Source: Heptranchias perlo
Lineage: Eukaryota
NCBI RefSeq assembly: GCF_035084215.1
Contig: NC_090338.1
Coordinates: forward strand, 15,314,001 to 15,378,000
DNA length: 64,000 nt
Direction of reading: 5' to 3'
Shown piece by piece: positions 50,101 through 62,100 of the stretch. The translations under genes and the position numbers were made by a program. How positions within the stretch are numbered: position 1 is the stretch's first letter; each line of letters opens with the position of its first letter. The notes beneath the pieces were generated by a model. The model worked only from the letters and a program-made list of their open reading frames with translations, searched no databases and was not told where the DNA came from.

Positions 50101-53100
50101 GTTGGAGGGTAACTTTGGTAGAGACCTGGAAATAGGCCACCTGTCCACACAGGTAGGAAATGGTGCAAACAATGTGATACCAAAAGAAAAAGGGACTGAT
50201 TGCAGCATTGGAAATACAGACTAAACAAATTCTTTTGTTCGAGATTACTCACTCCATGTAACTGTGCTCATGTGAGGAATGTTTTGATTTTGCAACTAAC
50301 AATAAAATTTGGGAATTTTTATTCCTGAATTTGATCACACGACAAGAACTTAAAGAAATTCCTGAAGACTTTTTAACCAGCATAAGAATAGCAGAACATG
50401 TGATACAAAAGAAGGCCACATATTAGACTTGTTAGCTCAAGTAAAGCCCATGGGATTAAAGGGAAAGTGGCAGCATGGAGACTAATGACCTGGACTTGGG
50501 TATACAGAGTATAATTGCAAGTTTGCAGATGACAAGAATCTCGTAAAGGTGATTGGCAAAAGAATGAGGAAACATTTTTTTACGCTGCGAGTTGTTATGA
50601 TCTGGAATGCACTGCCTGAAAGGGTGGTGGAAGCAGATTCAATGGTAACTTTCAAAAGGGAATTGGATAAAAAGTTAAAGTGAAAATATTTACGGGGCTA
50701 TGGGGAAAGAGCAGGGGAGTGAGACTAATTGGTTCGCTCTACCAAAATGCCAACTCAGGCACAATGAGCCAAATGGCCTCCTTCTGTGCAGTATCATACT
50801 ATGATACTATGATTTCAGAAGTGACACAGCACATGCACACCCCAGTAATAAACTGTATAGAAAATAGTCACTTTCCTATAGATATAGTTATTATAATGAA
50901 TTATTGTTTCTCAGACATTCCCTCAGCCCTCAAAGCTTCAACAAAAACAAAACTTTACATTTGTATGGCACTTTTACTGAAGAAAATGTTCCAAGTACTT
51001 TACGAAGAGTGGGAAAATAGATGAAAGCATTAAAAGACGACGACGACAATAACAACAACAACTTGAATTATATAGCGCATTTAACGTAGTAAAATGTTTG
51101 ATAACACAGAAGTGTTATCAAAAAGACTTTTAAACCAATCCACATAAGGAGATATTAGGACAGGTGACCAAAAGCTTGGTCAAAGAGGCAGGTTTTAAGG
51201 AGTGTCTTAAAGGAGCAAAGCGAGGTAGAGACGCTTATAGATTTAGGGAGGGAATTCCACAGCTTAGGTCTGGGCAGCTGAAGGCAAGGCCGCCAATGGT
51301 GGAGCGATGAAAATCGGGAATGTGCAAGAGGCCAGAATTGGATGAGCGCAGAGATCTCAAAGGGTGAAAACGAGGAGATGTGACTGAACATTCAAAAAAT
51401 ATTGGCTTGGAGAATGTTTTTTAAAGGAGCACAGAGAAATGAAGAGGTAGAGAGATTTTGTGTTGATTCCAAACAGTGGCTGAAGGCTCTCCCATCAATG
51501 GTAGTCTTGGGTTCAAGGGAAAAAGTGGAGAGGGAGAGCTGGGTGTCCTCAACATACATATGGAAGTTGATCCTGTGCATGATGTCACCGAGAAGCAGTG
51601 TGTGGATAAGGAAGAGGAGGGAAATGTATATTTGGAAATCGCCAGCTGCATTTTTCAAACTCATCTATTTTCTGGTTTACAAAAGTATCTAGTGTGTTAC
51701 AGGTGACAAATGAAAAAAGGTCCAGAACTTTAAGTGGTCTTTCTCACCCTCCATATGGTGGGGAGCATATTCTGGACCATTTCATAATATCGCCCTGTGA
51801 GCAAATATCTCTAACACTCCAGGGTCATCCTGGACCACTTCAATCTCTCCTCATCCACCACATACCACCTGTTCAGACCTCTCTTCCCCACAGTCTCCAT
51901 TGTGATCTTTGATAACAAATGCAAAGTGTTCATGGAATTTTTTGACCAAAATCAAGGCAGCCTCTGCCTCCTCTGCTTCCTCCTCTTCACCATCTTAGAC
52001 ATTGCTTAGTGATCCTAGGAGTAGATGAGGAAGACATTTGCTGATCTCCCAAGGGTTGCTAAGGTAAACGTGCTCACACTTTGCCTTCTTTTATAATCTT
52101 ACCTCCCAATTCATGCTATCAGCACTTCACTGCAAGCTTGATGGAGCATCAAGGTGCGAAAATGCCCAGCTCTCTGACAACTGTTCACCCACTTTCCAAA
52201 TGTACAGAAACATTGTAAAATCTAGCACGCTGTCAACACAAGATATCTGCATAATGTGTGTTCACACACCCACTTAAGGTGGGTGATTGGCTTGCCAGTA
52301 GGGTGGCATTGTCTCTGCTTTTCCCAATTCCAGCATATGTCTATTTTGTATATACTTATAAAAGGCTGCACATGTGAACAGAGTTGTCCCTAAAGTGGAC
52401 ATCCCAAACAGTACTCACTGACTCTGCGAGCGAAATGAGGAAGAAGCTGTTTCCTTTGGTTTTCTACCCCTAAATCAATGCCACCGATTTCCCTTGAACA
52501 TTTTTACCTTTCCCACGATCTGCCTGTGTCGTTCCCAAATGAGCTCATTTATACATATTATAATGAGGACCAGTGACACTGCAGCCTCGAGTTTCCTGCT
52601 TTTGCACTCACAATGCACTGGCCCTAAGTTAGAATGAGAGTGATGAGACACAGATGTTCCCAGGATCAGCTGAGACAGGCAGCAATGTGGTTGATTCTTA
52701 ATTGCCCTCTGAAATGGCCTAGCAAGCCACTCAGTTGTAAAATCTCGCTACGAAAAGTCATAATAAGAATAAAACTGGACGGACCACCCGGCATCGGACC
52801 ACTAGGCACTGGACACGACAACGACAATGGCAAACCAAGCCCAGTCGATCCTGCAAAGTCTTCCTCACTAACATCTGGGGACTTGTGCCAAAATTGGGAG
52901 ATCTGTCCCACAGACTAGTCAAGCAACAGCCTGACATAGCCATACTGACAGAATCATACCTTTCAGCCAATGGCCCAGACTCTTCCATCACCATCCCTGG
53001 GTATGTCCTGTCCCACCGGCAGGACAGACCCACCAGAGGTGGCGGTACAATGATATACAGTCAGGAGGGAGTGGCCCTGGGAGTCCTCAAAATTGACTCT

Positions 53101-56100
53101 GGATCCCATGAAATCTCATGGCATCAGGTCAAACATGGGCAAGGAAACCTCCTGCTAATTACCACCTACCGTCCTCCCTCAGCTGATGAATCAGTCCTCC
53201 TCCATGTTGAGCACCACTTGGAGGAAGCACTGAGAGTAGCACGGGCACAAAATGTACTCTGGGTGGGGGACTTCAATGTCCATCACCAAGAGTGGCTCAG
53301 TAGCACCACTACTGACCGAGTTGGCCGAGTCCTGAAGGACATAGCTGCCAGACTGGGCCTGCGGCAGGTGGTGAGCGAACCAATACGAGGGAAAAACTTA
53401 CTTGACCTTGTCCTCACCAATCTACCTGTCGCAAATGCATCTGTCCATGATAGTGTTGGTAGGAGTGACCACCGCACAGTCCTCGTGGAGACGAAGTCCC
53501 GTCCTCGCACTTAGGACACCATCCAACGTGTTGTGTGGCACTACCACCGTGCTAAATGGGATAGATTCAGAACAGATCTAGCAGCTCAAAACTGGGCATC
53601 CATGAGGCATTGTGGGCCATCAGCAGCAGCAGAATTGTATTCCAGCACAATCTGTAACCTCATGGCCCGGCATATTCCTCACTCTACCATTACCAACAAG
53701 CCAGGGGATCAACCCTGGTTCAATGAGGAGTGTAGAAGAGCATGCCAGGAGCAGCACCAGGCGTATCTAAAAATGAGGTGCCAACCTGGTGAAGCTACAA
53801 CTCAGGACTACATGCATGCGAAACAGCGGAAGCAACATGCTATAGACAGAGCTGAGCGATTCCACAACCAACGGATCAGATCAAAGCTCTGCAGTCCTGC
53901 CACATCCAGTCATGAATGGTGGTGGACAATTAAACAACTAACGGGAGGAGGAGGCTCTGCAAACATCCCCATCCTCAATGATGGCGGACTCCAGCACGTG
54001 AGTGCAAAAGACAAGGCTGAAGCGTTTGCAACCATCTTCAGCCAGAAGTGCCGAGTGGATGATTCATCTCAGCCTCCTCCATTAACCAGAAACTTAACTG
54101 GACCAGCCATATAAATACTGTGGCTACGAGAGCAGGTCAGAGGCTGGGTATTCTGCGGCGAGTGACTCACCTCCTGACTCCCCAAAGCCTTTCCACCATC
54201 TACAAGGCACAAGTCAGGAGTGTGATGGAATACTCTCCACTTGCTTGGATGAGTGCAGCTCCAACAACACTCAAGAAGCTCAACACCATCCAAGATAAAG
54301 CAGCCCGCTTGATTGGCACCCCATCCACCACCCTAAACATTCACTCCCTTCGCCATCGGCGCACAATGGCTGCAGTGTGTACCATCCACAGGATGCACTG
54401 CAGCAACTCGCCAAGGCTTCTTCGACAGCACCTCCCAAACCCATGACCTCTACCACCTAGAAGGACAAGAGCAGCAGGCACATGGGAAAAACACCACCTG
54501 TACGTTCCCCTCCAAGTCACACACCATGCCGACTTGGAAATATATCGCCGTTCCTTCATCGTCGCTGGGTCAAAATCCTGGAACTCCCTTCCTAACAGCA
54601 CAGTGGGAGAACCGTCACCACACGGACTGCAGCAGTTCAAGAAGGCGGCTCACCACCACCTTCTCAAGGGCAATTAGGGATGGGCAATAAATGCTGGCCT
54701 AGCCAGCGATGTCCACATCCCATGAACGAATAAAAAAAAGAAGAGTTTCTCTGAGCCTGAAGAGTGGAGAGCTTCAATTGCAATGTTTGCAGCTGGGAAT
54801 TACATTTTGCTGTGATTTTTTTGAACATTCTGCCTCAGCATTCTGATTGATTTTGTTCAGAAAATGCTCCATTTTGCTGTCAAAAAGAAATGCTTACCCT
54901 GGCTCAGTGTGTTTACCGAGACCGTAGCTGAGACATACAGACCAGGAAGTTTCCACGCTCGATCTCAGGCAGTTCTGAGTTATCTCAGGGTAAATTTTCT
55001 GAGGTTCTGCACCACTGGTAGAGCCTCACACACAGGATATAAAGGAGGGGTTACATCTGGCAAAAAGAACAATAGGTGACAAGAATATTCTATCGAGAAT
55101 ATAAGTATAAAGAGCAAAACCTGAGTCACTTACCACTGGGCTCCAGATAGTACGGGACTAAAACCAGGGGCCTGTTTTGATAAAACAAAACACATATCCA
55201 GTTCTCTCTGCCTCTGTCAACTTTCTGAATATTCAGTCTCAATGATTTCTCTTCCCCATTCCATCCATTCAATGTTTTATTTCCTACAGTTTTGCCATCA
55301 CTATTGATCCAAACAAGTCTGATTGATTCAGTGACATCAGAGACAGAGCAGGTCAGGGTAACGTTGTGTCCCTCAGTCACTGCATCAGATGGTTCAGCTG
55401 TGACTGTGTAAACAACAAAATCATTTAGATTTTAAACAATGACTTTATCACTGAAAACAACAAAATTCTGTCTCCTACCTTTAACTGTGATTAGTTTAAT
55501 GATCACATATTTAGTTGATCCCAGAGAACATGTGTAAACTCCGGCATCTTCAAACAGTACAGGGACAATCCTCACACTGAAGTTCTTGCCATTAAAATTT
55601 GCCATTGTGGGAACCAGTCTTTTCCCAAAGTAGGTCCTGTTTACATTGATGAGCTCAGATTTTGAAGCAGATGCTATTTTTTTCTCCTGATTCTGAAGAT
55701 GATGTGACCTCCAGGTCCATTCAGCAGTATCGTAAGAATGATCATAATTATTATAATAATCATAGCAAATCAGGCGGAGTTCACTGTGACCTGTGCCTGA
55801 TCGATAAAGTGTGTAATTCTCACCATCTAAATCTGCAATAGAAAGACAGAGAACAAAGTGTGAGAATTTTACAGTTACTGAGATACAGAGAAAAGCCAGA
55901 ATAATTACCGCCCACAATTATATAAAACTAATTGGGTTTTGATCATCATAACTGCATTTGATAACATTTTTTCAAAGCTATGAACTGTTTAAGAATGGTA
56001 AAGCTTGGATGAATTCAATTCACAAAAGGCAGTGGAAATTTATAAAAATGAAACTTTTTTGTTTTTTAATATGATGAGATTTTTGTGCCATGGATGACAC

Positions 56101-59100
56101 TATGACATCACAGGCCCAGTGTTCAGAGGTTCGGTCAGTAACATGGAGTCCTGCAGGTGGCGGCTGCAGGTTGTGTCGAATTTTGCGATGGCCCAAATAT
56201 GGTTTCCTTCAACAACAACAACAACAACAACAACAACTTTTATTTATATAGCGCCTTTAACGTATTAAAAGGTCCCAAGTCGCTCCACAGGACCTTTATC
56301 AATCAAAGTTTGACACCGTGCCACATAAGGAGACATTAGGACAGGTGACCACAAGCTTGGTCAAAGAGATTCTTTTTAAGGAGCATCTTAAAGGAGGAGA
56401 GAGAGGTAGAGAAGTGGAGAGGTTTCGGGAGGGAATTCCAGAGCTTAGGGCACGGTCGCCAATGGTGGAACATTAAAATCAGGATGCGTAAGAGGCAAGA
56501 ATTGGAAGAGCGCAGAGATCTTGGCGCGATGTAGGGCTGGAGGAGATTACAGACATAGGAAGGGGCGAGGCCATGGAGGGCTTTGAAAACAAGGATGAGA
56601 ATTTTAAAATTGAGGCGTTCCCGGCTCAGGAGCCAATTTAGGTCAGGGGGCACAGGGGTGATAGGTGAACGGGACCTGGTGCAAGTTAGGATACAGGCCA
56701 CAGAGTTTTGGATGAGTTCAAGTTTGTGGACGGTGGAAGTTGGGAGAGCAGCCAGGAGAGCATTGGAAGAGTCGAGTCTATAGGTAAGAAAGGCATGTAT
56801 GAGAGTATCAGCAGCAGATGAACTGAGACTGGGGTGGAGATGGGCAATGTTACGGTGATGGAAGTAGGCGGTCTAGGTGATGGAGCGGATAAGTGATCGG
56901 AAGCTTATCTCAGGGTCAAATAGGACGCCAAGGTTGCCAACGGAGTGGTTCAGCCTCAGACAATGGCCAGGGAGAGGAATGGAATCGGTGGCCAGGAAAT
57001 GTAGTTGTGGTTGGGACTAAAGACGATGGCTGCGTTCTTCCCAATATTTAGTTGGATGAAATTTTTGCTCATCCATTACTGGATGTTGGACAAGCAGTGT
57101 GGCAAATGAGAGACAATGGAGGGGTCGAGAGAGGTGGTGGTGAGGTAGAACTTGGTGAGGTCAGTGAGCATGTGGAACCTCACATTGTGTTTTCAAATGA
57201 TGTCGCCGAGGGGCAGCATGTAGATGAGAAATAGGAGGGGTCCAAAGACAGATCCTTGGGGGACTCCAGAGGTAACGGTGCAGATGTGGGAAGGGAAGTC
57301 ATTGCAGGTGTTTCTCTGGCTATGTCTGGAGGAGGCTCCATGAACATCCCCATCCTCAATATGAAAGAGCCCAGCACGTGAGTGCAAAAGACAAGGCTGC
57401 AGGATTGCAAACATCTTCAGCCAGAAGTGACAAGTGGATGATCCATCTCGGCCTCCTCCCGAGATCCCCACCATCACAGAAGCAAGTCTTCAGCTGATTC
57501 GATTCACTCCACATGATATCAAGAAATGATTGAATGCACTGGATACAGCAAAGGCTATGGACCCTGGCAACATCCCGGCTGTAGTGCTGAAAACTTGTGC
57601 TCCAAAACTAGCCAGGCATCCAGCCAAGCTGTTCCACTACAACTACAGCAGTGGCATCTACCCGACATTGTGGAAAATTGCCCAAGTATGTCCTGTCCAC
57701 ACAAAGCAGGACAAATCCAATCCGGCTAAATACCGCCCCATCAGTCTATTCTCAATCATCAGCAAAGTGATGGAAGATGTCGTCATCAGTGGTTCAAGCG
57801 GCACTTACTCACCAACAACCTGCTCACCTATTTAGCTACTTTTCCTTTAAAAACTTCAATCCTCTTTGCCTCAACTATTCCCTGTGGCAAAGCATTCAAT
57901 GCTCTAACAAACCTCTGCAAAATTAAATTTCTTCTAATCTTTTGTTCATTCTTTTACTACAGTTTTAAATTGATGATCTCTCGACACTGAGTCCCCAACC
58001 AGAGGAAATAATCTTTCCCTATTCGTCCAATCAAATAAATCTCTTTTAAATCTCCTCTTGGCTTTCTCTATTCCAGTAGAAATTGTCCTAGTATCTCAAT
58101 ACTCTTCTCAGAACTATAGCTTCCATCTCTGGTATCACCCTGGAGAATCTACACTGTCCACTCTCTATGGCTTCAATGTGCTTTCAATAATGGTGGACCC
58201 AAAACTGCACTCTTACTGCAGCCTAAATTTGCTGTGCACAAATTTATTATTATTCCTTTACTGTTGTACTTTATGCCCGTATTTAGAAAACCCAAAATAA
58301 TATTGGCCTTTTTATGGCTTTATCTACCTGCATTCACACTATCAGAGAATTATATATTTAAATCCTTTGGTCTCTTTGTTCCTCCACACACTTTAGCATC
58401 TCTCCATTAAATATAAACTCTCATTCCTTGATTTTTTCCCAAAATGCATTACCACACACTTCTCCATATTAACCGGCATCTGTCACCTGTCTGCCCATTA
58501 TACGAACCTGTCTATATTGTCCTCTCTTTCTCAATCCTTCTTGGTGTTTGCCGAATTCTGCGATTTTGCATCCAAAGCAAATTTTGATATTGTGCTCCCT
58601 ACTTCCAGCACAAAACATCTATGTACAGAGAACAAAAGTGAAACCAGGTCTGACTTCTGTGGCACAAGATTTCAAGCCCTTCTCCAATCTGAGCAAAGTT
58701 CATTGAACACCAACCTTTTGCTTCTTGCCCTTGAACCACCTTTCCATCTGAAAGAGGTCCCTTTCCTCAAAAAATAAACATGAATACTTGTAACAAACAT
58801 CTTGTGAAATACCTTATTGAATGCCTCATGAAAATCCATACATACTAAATCATACTTTTGAACACCTCTATTAAATCTATTTGAAGTCTAATGTATGCAG
58901 CAGATGGAATCACTTCAAATAGCAGCAGAAATCAGTTGGGAGCAGCATTGAGGGGAGAGAGGCCAGTATTTTGTTCAATGCTGATATGTGCACCAGGAAC
59001 CCACATGCTGACTGTCAGCATGAAGTGTTGATGTGTGACATGTATGACTCCACTTTGTATGTAACAATTTTACATTAGTAACTGTTCAATATCGACTGTA

Positions 59101-62100
59101 AGATAACTGAACTTACATTGGGTCATGGAAAAATCAGCTTTGATAAGGACGGATCCACTTTCCTGCACTTCACACACGTACAACTCCTTATCCTCTACTG
59201 CAACATGTCTGACCATCAGATAATCTGTGTTCTTTATTCGGATCTGATCAGTGTTCCTCCTGTTCTGCTGAGATGAGTCCCTTTGTTTCCATTGAAGACT
59301 GACTGTATCTGAGAGTTTGGAGATGGTGCAGCTGAGTATAACGTCACTGCCCACCACAGCACTCTGTGGACTTGACTCAACTGTGAAAAACAGATATATA
59401 ATATGTAGTACAGTTTACTGTAAGTAGTGGCATGCTAGAACAATTAAGTTCCAACTGGCATTAAGATGTACCCATTATCAGCATTTGTACCTTGTTTCAT
59501 TAAAGGGTCAGACCAGATTACACACAAATGCATCTCAGCAGTAGAATAACACAGTGGGGCCGAAGATTCTCAGTCCTGCTCCACCAGCAGAAGTGTGGCA
59601 GAGCGGGGCCGGTGACCTTTACTCCTGATCCTGCCCGAGTATCCGGGGTCAGGTCAAGGTTACACAGTTTGGATGGCATTTGTGGGATGCCCACACCACA
59701 ATGGACAGGTGATGGAAACTCATCAGAGGAGGGTGTGCTGGAAATGTATCCCCTGTATTATCGGACTTGAAGTAGGTTCAAAGCCTACTGTGTTCTCAAT
59801 GTGCCGAGCACACTTCAGTAAGACCTCCCAACACATGCACTGGGAATCTGTGCACAAAATCCACATCAAAGGTCATTACAGCCCCAGAAATTATTTAAAT
59901 TATGGGGCTCCCAAAATGCATCTGGACACGGCTCTAATTATTGTGCATCGAAAATGGAATGGCACTTCAGGAGAGGCTTGTTCTAAAAATGCCCACCCTA
60001 ACTTTCGGTCCCACCTACAACATGACAAGTAATAATCAAATCTTGAACAGGGACTTTTTTCCAAGACCAGGCCAAATAAATAGTGGCAACAATTGGTTGC
60101 CGACGTCCAACGCTCTGGTGCCCGACCCATGTGTCATTCCCCGTGTACCATGCACTGTGTACCATGAGCAGCGTTAAAAATTGTAAATGAGTTGACTTTC
60201 TATTATGGTCAACTCATTCTGGTTCATTTGGGGTCTACACTTCAGGAGCAATGGTCCAGGGCGAGTACAGTCAGGATCATATTTTCGTCTCTGTGACACT
60301 TCATGATTGGATTATATTTTGTATCAACTTCATTTGACAGTGACCTGAGCCTCATTTAGATGTTAAACACATGAACCAACCACAATATGTCACTATTTAG
60401 TGATATTCTTAGTTGGCAGAAGTTAATTTTTTAGAGAGCACATCAGTGTACAGACCATAATACTCTCTGGTGGACAGATTTCCTCACTTTGCTATTTCTG
60501 GTGAAGTTATCAAAAAGTCTGTAATCATGTTGACCATTTCAGGAGAAATAATGAACAAATCTTTCCCCTGGTTGTTTTAATGAGAGATGCACGCTGCAGT
60601 GGGTGATATAAATCTCACATGATCCTGGCAATCTCTAATCTTTACAGATGAAATTAGTTACGGAGAATCATATTCTTGAACCTTTTCTAGTCTTTATCCC
60701 ACTCACATTTGACCCCAAATATTTCATACTGTTTCAGGATTTTATTTCTCGACCATTCCTGAGTCAAGATGAACAATCCCGCAAATTCAAACGTGGAATT
60801 TCTAATTCTCAGATTAATGGTACCACGATCCAGCTGTATCTTCGAGTACAAGTCGCTGTTTCTAAAGTGATCGCTCCATTGTACTTTCCACCAGCCCGTA
60901 TTAGTTTTGTAAAAAGTACCCATCTCCTGGATTGGTTGCCCTGAGTGTGGTTTCCATTCCCAGACAACAGGGTCATTTCCAGGATTGTCTGGTCCTTTTA
61001 ATGAAACGTCATCTCTCTCATCCAAAAAATAAATATGATTTGGGTTTCCTGTTAGAAAGAATAACAATGTAAACATTTTAATATCAAATCAAAACTCTTT
61101 AATCCCATGTTTGGAAAAATTAATATTGGACTTTGTTTTGTTACAGTCACTTTTTTATATTCAATGGTTCAGCAATGACACAGACACACCCCTGTGAAGA
61201 GCTGTCTGTCTGGAATAATCAGGCCTAATCCAATGATACTTTAGGACATTAGAGGGTAAATTTATGCCACTGCACTCTGACCTTGTGGGCTGGTGGTATC
61301 CAATTTCACAATATGTATTTCCAGCATTTACCGGGAGTGCGGAAGGGGAATCGTTGCTCCCATATTGTGAAGAAATTTGGAATAACATCACAATAATCAG
61401 TATTTTCCTAAAATTGAATACGATACTGATGCAATCATATCACTTCAGAATCAAAAATCAAGTCAGTGATCTCCAAAAGTGGTCTCCTCTCCTCTTGTGC
61501 AATGCACAGTAAGTTGTTGCTTCTCCTGGACCACCGGTGACCAGGCTACCCACAGGAGCACCTATAACAAAGGGAGGCAGGATTTCCCACATTACCATAA
61601 TCTGGCTGTAGGTCAGCGTGACGGACTCTGTCTTCCCCTACCGCAAACACCAGGGAATTTCCTGAGGCCAGCCTAATTTCCATAATTATGGCGACTCCTT
61701 GCAGGGTTCGTGCTCTGATCCGAGGAACCCACGTGGGAGAGGGAGGAAGATGATTGCTGCAGGTCTCGAGTGCTTTCAGCAGCAGATCAGGACTGACTAC
61801 CTGTGAGGCAGCTGAAGAGGAGGGGCAACTTTTGAAAATTTACAAATTTGGCTGTGTGATTGATCACACTTGCTTCAGAAAGATCTTTGAAACTTAAATC
61901 CCCTCCTGCACACCATTGCAACACTGGATGCTGGGAACATGCTGCTGTTCTTTGTGTTCCAGCATTGCTATGGCGATAATGATGGAAAATGTAACATCTG
62001 ATAACACTTGGCCACTACAAATAATTTGAATAAAGCTGTCCATATTTGGGTCCACATATTCAGTGAAGTGACAACAATCTGCAGGGAGCAGGTCGCCGGA

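Noticed and set aside
52103-52130. Candidate stalk exon between D4 and TM with a gtaaga donor
   Set aside because: Reads V-K-C-stop in the required phase.
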